NCBI RefSeq assembly: GCF_032191835.1
Contig: NC_083225.1
Coordinates: 53,754,001-53,818,000, forward strand
DNA length: 64,000 nucleotides
Origin: Heteronotia binoei
Lineage: Eukaryota
Direction of reading: 5' to 3'
Below the pieces are notes generated by a model that was not told the origin of the DNA, ran no database searches, and saw only the letters and a list, made by a program, of their open reading frames with translations. Below are positions 13,135 to 26,662 of this stretch, piece after piece (the stretch's first letter is position 1; every line of letters starts with the position of its first letter). A program made the position numbers and the translations under genes.

Positions 13135-15370
13135 TTGAACTTCCAAATACAACAATTCAGTGTTTTCGCAGTTACTTCAGAAACAAACTATTTTATATAA
13201 AATGTCACTAAGTGTGTGTTGAACAAAATGTTGTTTGGGATTTGTTTTTGCACAGTATTCAAAATGGCTCCATCTTTCTTGATTGGAACAGGATATTTTT
13301 AATTGAATATGAACACCAACCTCTTGCCATTTAAGGCTGAAAATGGATTGTACTAAATATGTCTTTAGGTGTTTGAACTCTTTTATACTCATGTTCCCAC
13401 ATGATAATCACAATATAAGCTAATTACAATTTTTAAAACTGGAAAAAATGCATTGTAAGATGAAATGGCTGGAATGTATATTCTGGATGTATTACTGCAT
13501 GGAGGTGGTGCTTTTGAAACAACAATCTGAAACTTAAAAGGAATGTTTTAAATATATACAATATTTTAATTGTTAACATTATAGACTCCATCTTTTCCTA
13601 AGCATATGTTTTTTTTCAGTTAGCTCACAGTATGTTTGGTTGCATAGGGCTTTTGCTGTGATTTAAAATACGGTAATCTCTATGCCCTAACAAGATTCTT
13701 TGGAAGAACAGGAAAAGTCACGTGTTTACTGTGCTTTAACCACTCAGATAGTGGGAACAAAAGCCAAAGCTCCTCTAATATAAATTATCTTGTGATTGCT
13801 GTCTAGAACTGACCTTTTAGAAAGTCAAGGGATAATCAGTATTATTTCCAGTCCAGTGAGTAAATAAATGTACTTAAATTCATTTTTAACCAGGTATTGG
13901 AATAAAGAGACAGTGATTTTGGCACTTTTAAGGAATAGACTACTGTTAGGTATATCTGGTTGTTTTCCTTCCTACAAAAGTATTACAATATAGATGAGTG
14001 TTAAAGTGCTCCATCACATTACATCAAAGTTGAGAGGTCAATTAATGTTGTCACTGGTGGAAAAAACAAGTCCAAATCAGAAGGGTGTGTGTGTGCTGCT
14101 TAAGGTTCCCAAGATAGTTTCAACAAAAACACTGGACACATTTGATAAAAAAATTTCAACCATGCAGGCACCAAGCAGGATGGAGAGAAAGAGGCAGGCC
14201 CCAAACTGCTCCTGTTGATGCTATGTGCCCTTCATGCCATGCCAGTGCTGGCCTGGCAGTTCAGTGATTCTGGGACTCTAGGCAAAAGTCAAGAATGGGG
14301 CCGGACACTTAATTTATTCTGACCTAAATCACTGATTTCAACCTATCTCAGAGTTATTGTGAAGATTAAATGGATGTGGGGTGACTGTTATATGCTGCTT
14401 TGGATCCCCATTAGGGAGAAAACTGAATATAAATGAAGTAAAAAAACATATACACTATCAAAAAAAACTAAACTTAAAGCACCTCCACCCCATCCCATCC
14501 TCATTGCCTTTGGAGTCAGGGTGGCAGAGGCTTCAGGGAAAAGTTACTGAAGCTGATCATCAAGGGAGAGAGGGAGGAAGAAGAGGAAAGATAGAAACAA
14601 GACAACTCCAGTGTGGAAATTCCCTTGGAAGTGATTTTGGGAACTTCTGCACTGATTTTGGAACAGTGACTATTTCTCCCACCCACCCACCCACCTCCAA
14701 TCAACTAGGAATGTCACCTTGGTTGTGATTATGGTTATAAGGCAAGATGGGGATTTAAGTTCTTTATCATGCCTGCTCTCAGAATTTGCTTGGACTCTGC
14801 CCTCCTGCTGCTGCTGCTGTATGTGTGAGAGTGTTTTACAGCTGCCTTACACCAAGACAGAGAAAGAAAAATCAAGATGGGTAGCCACATAAGTCTGTCT
14901 GTAGCAGTAGAAAAGAGCAAGAGTCCAGTAGCACCTTAAAAACTAACAAAAATGTGTGGTAGGGTAGGAGTTTTTGTGAATCACTGTCTGCTTCTTCAGC
15001 TGCAGCTAGAATGTGAGTCCATCTGTCCTTATAATTGGAGAATAGAATGATTTCAGATGCCAAATGACAATAGAAAGTGAATGACAATAGCAGGCGTGAT
15101 TGGATTAGGTGTGATATGCAGAGTGGTAGTAAGTATGGACAAATCTGTGTTCACACAGAACCAAAAAAGTTGTGCAAGCCATATGGCAAAGAAAAAGTGG
15201 GAAATTTCATTCATATTTATGTAGAACAATCTATTCTGATTACCTTATTTTTTCAACAATTCATAGCGATGTCCATATAGGTTTGTGGCGATGAGTCCTT
15301 GGCTATCACATACTAACTAAGGACTGTAACAGATTGTACAGTGCTTTCTTTATGGTATTACATCTTCTTT

Positions 15371-15576
15371 GTTTGCTGTCATGTCACAGCTGACTTATGG
15401 TGACTGTAGGGTTTTCAAGGTAAGAGCCATTCAGAGGTGGTTTGCCATTGCCTGACTGTGCATCATGACCCTGGTATTCCTTGGAGGAATCCCATCTAGA
15501 TACTAAGCAGGACTGACCCTGCTTAGTTTCCAAGAGCTGATGAGATCAGGCTAGGCTGGGCTATCCAGGTCAGGGC
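15371..15576 (-). mobile_element. 5S rRNA-derived SINE
   Basis: Head CCTGATCTCATCAGCTCTTGGAAACTAAGCAGGGTCAGTCCTGCTTAGTATCTAGATGGGA resembles the 5S internal control region, followed by a non-5S tail. Confidence 0.8.
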
Positions 15577-16245
15577 TATTACATCTTACTTCGTGTAAAT
15601 AAGGCCCATAATAGAATATTTCAATTTAAAAAAAAAAAAAAAACAGCATCAAGATTCCTTTAAAGAAGTTGGGAGAGGGGTTAGAGATCAAAGAAGTTAA
15701 TGCTAAAATTATTCTAAAACTTCTGGCATGTCCACAAGAAAGACAGATCCTAAATGGTAAGTGTAACATGGCTTTTGATGACAAAGGAATGCTGGGTTTA
15801 TTGTAGGCTATGGTGAGTTTATCATTGGTTGTGCAAATTGTAAAAATGTTTATAATAGACTACAAACAACAAAAGTTTTTTTTTCTGAAAATGGAATCTT
15901 ATCATTTGGCACAGGAGGGAAACCTCTTCAGTCAGGCCTGACGCAGCCCTTCACAATCTGCTTTCACCTTTGCAGCTCTGTTTCTGGAATGAAGTCAGTC
16001 AGAGACTGGTGCTATCAGACCAAATGCAGCAGATGCTGCTTTACAGTATGGTGGGTGCCTTTATGGCTGCAAATATGGAGCATGCCTCAAAGGCTTCTGT
16101 ACTGATGCAGAAGCATTTAAGTGTTCTCCGATAATGCACCAAGAAAAGGGCACTTGCCAAGTTATTCAGCCACAAGAGCTTGATCTTCCTGTTTCAGTTT
16201 GCAGTATTTATTTCACAAGCAGCTAAATCGGTGAGAGATTATCTC

Positions 16246-16889
16246 TAGGGATGGGCATGAACTGGGAAAATGTGGTTTGGTTCATGGCTCTTGGCATGCC
16301 TGGTTCACGAACTATAACCCATCATGAAATTTTAGGGGCAAACAAACTGCTTTGGTTCATGAGGGTTGTGACCAGTAGAAACCCTCCTTGGCATGCTAGT
16401 GTCACCAAACTTGCAGAGGGCCTCTGACTGACTCTCTTCTACATGACTTCCATATTTGATGAGGATTGGATTTATGGGGTCTGAGTTATTGCCCCCCAAA
16501 GAAGGTGCCCTAGGAAAGGGGGGGGGGGGAAATGACCACCTGAACTGCCTGTGCCTGTCAAAATGACTGCCTGGTCAGGAGTGTATAGAATGGATCCTGT
16601 GCAAGCTAAGGACAACAAAGTCACAGGGGACCTCTCCTGGATGCTCCTTTACATGCCCCACAAGTTCTGCCCCTTGTTGCTTTGAAGTTATGTAAACGTT
16701 TAGATTGAATGGAGACAGTCTGCCTGGGAATGTATTCATTCATAGACCAGCATTAACCTAAGCAAACAGCTTGAAAGTTTGTAGGTACTTCATGCCTGTT
16801 GACCTGCCACAAACTTCACTTCATGAACCACAAACTAGTCAAAACTCATCACGAGCTTTAGTTTATGAGCCGGTTTGTGCCCATCCCTA
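16246..16889. mobile_element. hAT-like element with TAGGGATGGGCA TIR
   Basis: TAGGGATGGGCA / TGCCCATCCCTA; TSD ATTATCTC/ACCATCTC (6/8). Confidence 0.75.
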
Positions 16890-16972
16890 ACCATCTCCTA
16901 CTGCCCAACCTGAATAAGTTTGCCATCACTGCAGTATAGAACTAGGCATCCACTGAAATAAATTGGCTAAAG

Positions 16973-17727
16973 CAGGGATGTCGAACTCATTTGTTATGAG
17001 GGCTGGATCTGACATAAATGAGACTTTGTTGGGCCGAGCCATGTTGGGTTGGGCCAGACCATGTGTGTGCCTATTTAAGATTAGGTAGCAGAGATATAAC
17101 CTTTATAAAGGACACAAACACAATTATTATTTTTTAAAAACTTAAAACATGCTTAAAACATTAGCACTCACTCTTAAAAGTACTTTCTTTGTATTTCTCC
17201 TATGGGATTCAGGGAACTGGGCAAAGGAAGTTCTGGCTCTTTCCTTCCTTCCCCAGGGGACCAGGAGGGGGAAGAACCTCAGCCAACAAAAGGGAGAGAG
17301 GCTTAGCTCAGTAGCTTTGCTGTGAGATTGAGCCTGGAAAAACAAGCCCTGCCAATGGAGAAAATAGAGGTTTTGCTCTGTAGCTCCTGTGCAATTGAGC
17401 AAGCCTTGCAAAGTAAGGAAGCAAAAGAGAAGGAAAAGGAAGCAGATGACAGCCAGTTGCTCAGGAGCCTGATAGGAGACCTCCAGGGACCTGATTTGGC
17501 CCCCAGGCCCAAGCCCAGGCCCAGATCTTCATGTTTTTTGATGGGGGGGGGCAACATTAAAAAAAATGGTGCCCCCTTATGGGCCATTCTATCTTATGGT
17601 CCCATAGAATATAATGAATTCCATACCCAATTTGGCACCTCCCTCCGTTGGCACCCAGGACAAGCACCCCACTCTGCCCCCCCCCCCTAGATCTGGCCCT
17701 GTCCAGGCCACATGTTTGATACCCCTG
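16973..17727. mobile_element. Non-autonomous hAT (CAGGGGTGTCAAAC TIR family) with a nested MITE at 17516-17701
   Basis: TIRs CAGGGATGTCGAAC / GTTTGATACCCCTG; perfect TSD GGCTAAAG; inner element CAGGCCCAGATCT...AGATCTGGCCCTG. Confidence 0.9.
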
Positions 17728-18734
17728 GGCTAAAGCGTGCCTAATTCTGCAGTAAACTGTAGTCAGATGCTCTGCATCTGTAACATTATAAGAAGAAACC
17801 AAGACTTGCTTTTGAAAATTTTAAAAAAAGAAAACCAACATGTAGAACTTTACCTGGCATGGAGATTCCATGATGGTGAAAACTCTGTTTATTTTTGGCT
17901 GCCAGGCAGCTCCTAAAAACAAAGCTTCTGCCCATACAGCTACTGAACCCCTAATCGAGATTTTAATCTTTGCATCTTGATGTATAATATTTTAATACCA
18001 TGGGATACTTGTAAGGTACACGTTTGTTAAGGACTTTTTTTAGCCATAAAAAGCTACCTTTGTAATAATTATGGGGAAATTTTCCACATTCCAGTATATT
18101 TGCTAAGAAAATTGGTTATTTAAAGCTGTGAATTTGCATGAACAGCGATATGTTTTGTTAAATTGCATAATATAATGCTTGTATAACAACTAAGCACAGC
18201 TGGCTTTAACAGCTGCTGTTATTTAACCAAAGAAATAACAGTTTATAAAATTACTTTTTTCTCATTATATAAAAATTATTTATCCCATCCCCACTATGCA
18301 TTTTAATTTGTAGTGTATATTGACTAATGACAGAAATGAATGTTGTAAGAAAGTTGTTTATCAAAAATTACATGTAAATAAAATGAAATATGGGACATCG
18401 CAGCTGGGATGTTTTGGTGAATGATGTTTAAGTAAGAACAGCAAAATAAATTAGATCACGGCACTTTCAAAATTTAAATCTAAAAAAATGAATTGATAAG
18501 TGAGGTTCAAGACTAATATAAAGACAAAAAGGGAAAAGTAAACTAAGTAAAGCTGCATACTAGATCTTAAGAAACTAACAATGCCATTTTCAACAGAGCT
18601 ACACTCCAAGTCCATTGAGGTCAACAAACTTAGAAGAGTACAACTCTGTCTAGGGGGGCACTGTAATACAGTAGTGTCAATGGTTTCTAAACCAGTTCTT
18701 TTAATATTATAAATTGTTTATAGGTTTCCTAAAT

Positions 18735-19090
18735 ATAGAACCATAGAATCAGAGTTGGATGGGATCTCCAGAGTCATCTAGTCCAACCCTCTGCACAGTG
18801 TTGGAAATTCACAAATATCTTCCCCATAGTGACTCCTGCTCCATGCCTAGAAGATGGCAAAAAATCTCCAGGGTCCCTGGCCAAGCTGTCATGGAGAAAA
18901 TTGCTTCCTGGCCCTAAACTGACAATCAGTATTTCCATGGGCATGTAAAAAGAAAACAGCCATCATGTAAGGAACTTTGTCACCATGTGGGGAAGACCAG
19001 CCAGTATCTTGCCCCTTTTCCTTTTGCTGCCACCATCCTGGGTAAAAATTTAGCCCCTCTCTCTCATGGGTTGCCCAAGGCTGACACCAC
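18735..19090 (-). mobile_element. CR1 3'-end fragment
   Basis: Typical CR1 tail catagaatcagagttgga..gtcatctagtccaaccc; boundaries approximate. Confidence 0.6.
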
Positions 19091-20307
19091 AAGGGTATAT
19101 ACTGAGAGACCAAGGCACATGGGTAAGGAAGTGTGCAGACTCTGCTTATCTCTGCTTTTTTAAAAAAAAGCTTATTTATACAACGAACAAACTCAGGGTA
19201 CGGAAGACAGGTCTAGGTACACTAAGCAAAACAAACAAAAGGAAAGTTATTAACTAGGTACTTACAATCCATGGAATGTCTTTTTGCTTTCATTATGCCC
19301 CCCTAGGTACATGATGCCACCCAGGTGCACCAAATATCTTTAGCATCACTCCCCTCTGTAGTCCTTCATGGCACACCAACAACTTCAAACAAAGAATCAG
19401 CTCTCCTTTTCAGACTGCTCCCCTAATTGTACTCCTGGGCCATAACCAATCTGGATGCCAGGTCCTGGGGTTCAAGCCCACCTGAACATGGACCATTTAA
19501 TCAAGAGGTGTTAATACATGAAACAGCTGGCATGTTTTCTCTGTCAGTTGTAAAATATGCTAACTGGAGAACACCTTTCCCATATTTTCCCAGTCACAGA
19601 GATGCCAGTGTACCCTTCCATTGCTGTAACTGTCACAGATTCCCAACCCAGAGCTGGTAACCCTAATTGAAGGGCCAGCAAGGTTGCTTCATCCAGTGCC
19701 TCTTGTGCCAGCCAGATAAAACTTAAAATGTCCTTTAAACTCCCTCTTCCTCAGTGTATATCATGGCTAAGGTTGGGCTAAAGGAGGGTAGCCAGGTCTG
19801 TGTTGGAAAATATTTGCAGACTGTGGGGGTGGATCTGGGAGAAAGTGGGGTTTGTGGAAGGGAGGGGCCTCAGCAGGGTAGAATGCCATAGAGTCCACCC
19901 TTCAAAGCAGCCATTTTCTCCAGCGGAGGTGATCTCTGCCAACTGGAGATCAGTTGTAAAAGCGGGAGATTTCCAGGCCCTGCCTGGAAGCTGTGTAATC
20001 ACTTATCTCAGCATTCTTGGTTTAAGACCTGTAGAAGAAAGAGGTACTACAATACTGTAGGAGAACCAAACATACCTCAGACTAGAAACACTGGCTTTAT
20101 TTACATACAAAAACTCCACACAAAGAAAACCACAGAGCAAGAAGACAGCTTTACCCTCTTTTTAGCTTGCTGTGGTGGTTTCTAGTTGCAGAGAGCCTTT
20201 TTAAATAATGGCGCATACCAAAATGCAATCTTCTGTGATACTACACTTGTAGTCTGATTCTGCCTGATCACCTTATTTCCATTTAATTGTACTCTGTGCT
20301 CTCCGAC

Positions 20308-20675
20308 CAGTGGTGAATTAAACCCTGTGGAGGCCCTTAGGCAGTCAAAATCTTGGGGCCCACTCACAAATTATCTCAAAGTTGGAGTGCCCGCCCAGCC
20401 ACCCACAGCCCCCGCTGCAGCCTGCAGGTACCTTCTCAAAAGCTGCTTTGACAAAGCTGCAGGGAAGAGGCAGAGAGAGGCAAACTTGGCAACAACGCCA
20501 GCAGCAGCTGCACCAGGCACATAGGGCAAAGAACAGCTCAGTTGTTGGTTGCATGTGCAGGCTAGGAGGGCTGTAAACAGGGAGGAAAACGGGTAGGGGA
20601 GCTGGCCCGGGGCCCCTAAATGCATGGGGGCCCATGGGCCAGTGCCTACTTGGCCTAATTGTTAATCCGGCCCTG
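20308..20675. mobile_element. hAT-like MITE
   Basis: CAGTGGTGAATTAA / TTAATCCGGCCCTG termini; TSD TCTCCGAC/TCTCCTAC. Confidence 0.75.
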
Positions 20676-20720
20676 TCTCCTACTATGCCATACTGAGCCT
20701 CCAACTGATTTAGGCTTTGG

Positions 20721-20985
20721 GAAGATGAAGATATTGGATTTATATCCCACCTTATACTCTGAATCTCAGCGGTCACAATTTCCTTTACCTTCCCACCCCC
20801 CCCACAACAGACACCCTTGAGGTAGGTGGGCCTGAGAGAGCTCTTACAGCAGCTGTCCTTTCATGGACAACTACGAAAGCTATGGCTGACCCAAGGCCAT
20901 TCCAACAGCTGCAAGTGGAGGAGTGGAGAATCAAACCGGGTTCTTCCAGATAAGACTCCACACACTTAACCGCCACACCAAAATG
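20721..20985 (-). mobile_element. tRNA-derived SINE, third family (copies 129-257 +, ~62165-62345 -, 62771-63031 -)
   Basis: Head CAGTTTGGTGTAGTGGTTAAG...GGTTTGATTCC.CACTCCTCCAC; shared body among copies. Confidence 0.8.
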
Positions 20986-21459
20986 GCTTCTCCTTTGCTG
21001 CTTGGTTTGGAACAACCCTTCCCATTTCTACGTTGTTTGAAATCAAAATATTTTAAACATGATGTTGTGAAACACAATACGAATTTCTGCAAAAATGGCT
21101 GCGGTTTTGGGTTGTTGTTTTTTTTAAACAATTGCTCAAAAAACTGCCTACACGAACTAAGAAAGGTTTCCATATCAGAGTACTTCAGTTTAATATTTCG
21201 CTCAGTCCAGCTTTCAGAGGTTTGGCTTGCTTCCCAAAGTCGGTAGCTGAAATGGAAAAAGGAAAAGCTCTCTATCAACAGCTCTCCTAGCAAATCTCAG
21301 GAGGACGGGGGATGATTAAGAAGTCTTTTGAGTGGTTGCAGAAAATGGCTGAGATGCACACAACAGAGGGTGTCGATTAGGGTTGTCCAGGAACCGGGTC
21401 TATGTCAGAAACTCCCCAGACTAACAGTTTGTCCACTCCATTGTAAAACTGATATTTCT

Positions 21460-22270
21460 CTTCCTGTGGAAAAAACCGCGGGGGCGTGGGCGGGGGGAGG
21501 AGACACTACACGTGCGCGCCAATTCCTTTGGGGGAGGGGGGCGGCCTATACTTTCCGGTCTTGGGCGGGACGAAGGAAGCCGGCTTTGGGCGGTTGAGGG
21601 AGGAGCAAAAGGCGCGCCACAGCAGCTTCTGCCTTCTCCCCTCCCATTTCTAGTCAGTCAGTTCGGGGGAAAGGGGGCGGGAGACCGATGCTGATTATCT
21701 GAGCCGCTGAAGCGGCATCTTTCCCTGTGTCAGCAGCAGCGCTGGAGTGAGCCGGCGGGCGGGCCACGTCGTGTGGCCGGGAGACCATGTTACTGGTGCG
21801 GCGCGTGGCGCTGCCGTTGCTGCTGCTGTTGCTGGCGGCCGCGGGGTGCCCGCGAGTGGCCTGGTCGCTGGTGTGGTACTCGGCTTGGGTGACCACGGTG
21901 TACACCGAGCCCGGCACCAACCGCACGGTACGGGGGAGCGCCGAGAGCGGCCGCTACGGGGACACCTCGCCCAAGGAGGGCGCGCAGGGCCTGGTGGGCA
22001 TCCCCCGAGGCGTGGGTAGCCGCCACATGGAAGGCTGTGCCCCAGACGTCGAGTATGAGGTGCCCATGCCTCCCGGCGCCAACCGTGGGTCTCCTCCTCC
22101 TCCCGCCTGGATCGCTCTGGTGTCCCATGGCGGATGCAGACTGAAGGACAAAATCGCCAACGCAGCGAGGAAGAGGGCGGCCGCCGTGGTGGTCTATAAC
22201 GAGCCCCATTTCGGCAACTCTACCCTGACCATGCCGCACCTCGGTGAGTGAAAGAGGGTTTTTAGGGGCG
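21460..22270 (+). promoter_or_regulatory. CpG island / promoter of RNF149
   Basis: CpG-dense GC-rich stretch with GC boxes (GGGCGG ~21488, ~21563), E-box CACGTG ~21509 and ETS-like TTCCGG ~21553, running through exon 1. Confidence 0.75.
21787..22243 (+). CDS. RNF149: RNF149 exon 1 (signal peptide + PA domain)
   Basis: gagaccATG; hydrophobic leader MLLVRRVALPLLLLLLAAAGCPRVAWS; PA-domain motifs GRYGDTSPKEGAQGLV and WIALVSHGGCRLKDKIANAARKRAAAVVVYN; donor G|gtgagt (457 bp, phase 1). Confidence 0.95.
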
Positions 22271-24190
22271 GGGAGGGCGCTAGAGACCCCTGTGAAGGAA
22301 AAGCAGAACTGGTTGTGGTGCAGGACCCCAAGAGAAGGCTTGAAACGGTAGGCTCCTGCAAAAGTATTTTCCTTCCAGAGGGTGTGATAAAGATCATCTC
22401 CCTTCTCCCACAGTCATTGTTTTCTTAGAATTTGGAAGGATGAAGAGAGAGATATGTATTCATCCCCAAAAGGGTGGTCAAAAATAGATGACAGGATCTG
22501 TGCAAAATTTGCACATGCTGATTTAAATGCATCGATGAAGAATTGAAGTAAAGGAAAATTCTCCTCTTGATCATCTGCCCAAGCTAGTCTAAAAGAAAAA
22601 TCTCCTAAATAAATAATAAGAGCCCTGCTAGATCCAGCATCCTGTGTTCTACAGTGGCCAAAAAAGTACCTCCTGGAAGGCCACAAACAGGTCACCGAAT
22701 TAGCAGCCTTTCCTCTGTTGCTACTCATCTCCATGCTCCAGCAATTGGTTTTTAGAAGTGTCTTTGAACATGAAACATAGAATTACTGATAGACCCCCAA
22801 TTTTTTTTATTTTTTTTTAAAGTAATCTGAACTAGAGAAAGCCATCACATCCTGTAAATTATTGTGTGAACATGTTCTTTCTTGAAATGGTAGGCAAGGA
22901 CTTTTGCAAAAATGGTAGGTATGTGTGAAAGGATGTATGTACTTAGCAGTGGATGCTCAGAAATCAGGAGTTGAAGAATGAGCTAGGAAGTAAACCACAG
23001 TGGGCAGTGGTGTCTGTGAAATCTGCTGGGCAGGGGCAGCTGTTGCCCCCCCCCCCTTATGAAAGGATGATGCTGTGAGTTGTTTAAGAAAACAAGTGGG
23101 TGAGTTGGTTGCTTAAAGGTGCTTCTGTATGAACCACAGCAGAATTAACCTAACAACCTGTTTAAATTGCGTAGACGAGCATGCAATTATCTGTCTTACA
23201 AGCATTTCTGTAATACCTGTTGGCTTGGCTTGGCAGTTTGTCATAAATGTGCAGTAATCATATCTGTTCAAGGGGAGGGAGTAGGCAGCAGTTAAAAAAT
23301 AATATGCATACTTCAGTGGGAGAGCAGCAGTACAAAGAAAATGCTATATCCTTTGACTGGCTTGTGTAAAGAGTTCCTAAATTATTTTGACATAGACTTA
23401 ACACTTCCCTACAAGTGTACATGCACATGAAATGTTATACCCAGAATAAAGCTTATACGCAGAATAAAACTTTGTTGGTCTTAAAGGTACCACTTGACTT
23501 AAAGTTTGTTCTTCCCTACAATGTTTAGTATAGCAACAGATGTGAAAGAGGTGGCCAAGAGATGGGTGCTTCTAGAAGTTCTAGAAGAATGTGGAAATCA
23601 TGGGTATGACAAATTGTGATGAGCTGGAGAATATTTCAGTAGCCAAGACTTCATGTTAAAGTATAAACCTGGCTGAAAGTACATGGATGAGACAGACAAT
23701 AACAAGACTGCATCCTAATTGAGTGGAGTGCATGTTATAAGAGGACGGAAAATAGCAACATAATGGGTGCATTGAGTGTACATTGCCTTTGAGAGAAGAT
23801 GTTTGAAAATAAGATTGAGAACCCCTGATAGAGGCATCATGTGAACTGCTGCCAGCTTCCTAAAGCATCTGAAAAGGCGTTTTAATTGATGAACATTTCC
23901 AAAGGCTCTAATGCCTTTCAAATTCACATGGTACACCTACCAATTTTCTGCAGCAGCAGGTGTTTCTATATTAAAAGCTCTGTCTTGCTTTGTGGACCAA
24001 AAATTAGGAACTTCCTAATTTGTGTCAAATTAAACGTGGCATTGGTTATATTTTTATGGTGGCTTTTATTCTCTGTTCTGTCTCAGACTATGGGTATTCC
24101 AAATGTATTTGTAACGTACAAGACCATATAACTGGAAATTTCTGGGCCACCGGACTGTCATGCAGTTTTTGAGATGCTGATGTATGTCTT

Positions 24191-24410
24191 GCCCTGACCT
24201 GGGTGGCCCTGGCTAGCCTGATCTCTTCAGTCTCAGAAGCTAAGCAGGATTGGTCAGCTCTGGTTAGTTGTTTGGAAGAGAGACCAGCAAGGTAAACTAC
24301 GGTCACTGTGCAGAGGCAGGTAATAGCAAACTACATCTGCACATGTCTTGCATTGAAAATCCTATGGGGTCGCCATAAGTCAACTGCAGCTTGACAGCAC
24401 TTTCCACCAC
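24191..24410 (+). mobile_element. 5S rRNA-derived SINE
   Basis: Same head and tail as 15371-15576. Confidence 0.8.
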
Positions 24411-25258
24411 AAATGAATGTCTTAGACCTCTGGGGTATCTTGGAGTATCAGCTGCCATCTGTACCACCTCTGTGTGTAGCAGGGCCTTTTTGATGGTGGT
24501 TCTGCAGATGTGCAATATCTGTGAGATTTGTTTTGTCTCCTCCTTTAGCGATTTCCAAAGACCGGGGAAAAATGTTTTGTTCAGAATGTGGTGTCATTCT
24601 GTTTGTTAATGTGGCAGAATGGCACTTATTTGGTAAATGAGGAGTGATCTTCCTTGTATCCTCACTTTCACTGCAAATTCCCACTTTGCCCTCTAGGTTG
24701 TTTCTAAAGGTCTCTGGGGCCCCTGTGATCAGAATTTGAGGAGGTTCTGCCGGCTGAGGCAAGAGTGAGAAGTCTCATTCTTCCATCTTTATTTCATTGG
24801 TGGTACTTTGGATTCAGCCTGCTATCTCTTTAGTAATGATTTTCAGTCATTTTTGTGACTGGTGTTGTAGTTTTTTATGGTTTGTATTTGAATGCCATTT
24901 GAAGTAGTTGAAAACAAATAAAATTCAACTGTGGGTTTTAAGTAGTCACTTAAATAAGTTTGGAGCCATATAAGTGCCTGTTGTAATGACGGGAATTTCG
25001 AACAGGACAAATACGCATTTTGCTTTTTCCTTTCGGTCTTCAAATAATCATCCTGCTCCTTTAGTTATCTTTTTGTTTTTCAGATTTGGGAATTTAAAGC
25101 AGGTTGTAAAGTATTGTGTTGAGTCTCAAGTCAGAGTTGCTTCATAAATGAAGCCTAATCTAATGTTGCGATTTAGTGACCAAGGTTATATGAATTGGTT
25201 TGCTTTTTAGAACTGCTGCTAACTCACTAGATGGCTTTAAGCAAGCCACTCTCAGCTC

Positions 25259-25319
25259 CCATCTACAATATGAAAGTGATAATACTTGCCATCTACAATA
25301 TGAAAGTGATAATACTTGC
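25259..25319. repeat. Perfect 30-bp tandem duplication
   Basis: CCATCTACAATATGAAAGTGATAATACTTG x2. Confidence 0.9.
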
Positions 25320-25639
25320 TTACAGGATTGCTATAGGGACTAAAACAAGATAAAATAAAGTGCTTTTAATAATGAAAGTGCAATATAAATTCTAAAGAAT
25401 GTTATGATATGAGAACAGAACTAATCCAATGACTGAGTAAGGAACTGTTGGGGAAATCCATGGGTTCTTCATTGGCTGTTTCCTCTTCACTTATACAGAT
25501 GCATTCAGCATCTCTGGGTGGAAACTCCATTGAAGTGCAGTCCTTTCAACAACTATGATGATCATCAGAGCATGCAGATAAGTACGACAACAAAACATAA
25601 AACCATACCTTCTAAGCAGGTCAGAGGAACTTTGATTTT

Positions 25640-26662
25640 TGAATTTCTTGATATTTTCATAATTTATATTCTTTGCACGCTTAAAGGCACACCCATTTCA
25701 CAAGAATAAAGTATAGTTATTTGATTTCTAGTTCCTGCATTTGTGCAGGCTGTCATAAAATGAATCAATGTAAACTTGAAATCTAGAACCTTTAAGCTGT
25801 TCACACAGAAGAATGGCTTTTTTGTTTATCTTTTGTAAGATCACATTCTTCACCTTTTTAAGACAACGTTTGATTCACTCAAAATATATACCTTGAAGAT
25901 TTTTATGGAATATAATCGATTGCATAAGAGAATGAGAATTCCTCGGTACACTGTAGACATAAAACATTTTCAAGAATATGTTTATTGTTTAAACATTACT
26001 GATTTTGTCCACAGTCAGTATTCTGTTTGATTATGTGTGTGATTATGATACACCATTGAAGAATTCAGTGTTAGAAGTTTAACTCAATGTCAACATATGC
26101 CTATTGTGCATATACAAGACTTTTTCTGTCCAAATAATACATTGAATTGATGAGAGAGGAGGTCCTACAACTGATGGGTAAATTAAAAACTGACAAACAC
26201 CAGGCTCAGATTGCATACATCCAAGAGTTCTAAAAGAACTCAAATGTGAACTTGTGGATCTCCTGAAAACAATATGCAATCTATCACTAAAATCTGCCTC
26301 CATTCCTGAGGATTGGAAAGTAGCTAATGTAACCCCCATCTTTTTAAAAAGTTCCAGAGGAGATCCAAGAAATTACTGGCCAGTTAGTCTAACATTGATA
26401 ATGGGTAAGTTGGGTGGAATCTGTTATTAAAGATAGAAATAGTAGGCACAGATCTTACATAAATGGGATTTTGTGGGGCCTGAATTTCTTGACATTTTCA
26501 TAATTTATATTCTTTGCAAGCTTAAAGGCACACCCATTTCACAAGAATAAAGTATAGTTATTTGATTTCTAGTTCCTGCATTTGTGCAGGCTGTCATAAA
26601 AAGAATCAATTTAATCTTGAGATCTAGAACCTTTAAGCTGTTCACACAGAAGAATGGCTTTT
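25640..26662 (+). repeat. 182-bp direct repeat pair (25640-25821 and 26481-26662)
   Basis: Near-identical (~95%) AT-rich copies 841 bp apart. Confidence 0.9.
26120..26448 (+). mobile_element. CR1 LINE fragment (pre-RT / RT start)
   Basis: Degenerate translation EEVLQL..KLKT..PG.D.IHPRVLKELK..W KVANVTPIFKK..RGDP.NY.PVSL. Confidence 0.8.

Noticed and set aside
15976-16134. Acceptor-like tttgcag followed by a 52-codon open frame downstream of CREG2
   Set aside because: No recognisable protein similarity and the frame does not match the CREG2 phase; could be chance or a non-coding conserved element.
21654-22239. Antisense and alternative-frame ORFs over RNF149 exon 1 (likewise 63033-63809 over CNOT11 exon 1)
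   Set aside because: Shadow ORFs of GC-rich coding exons in CpG islands.
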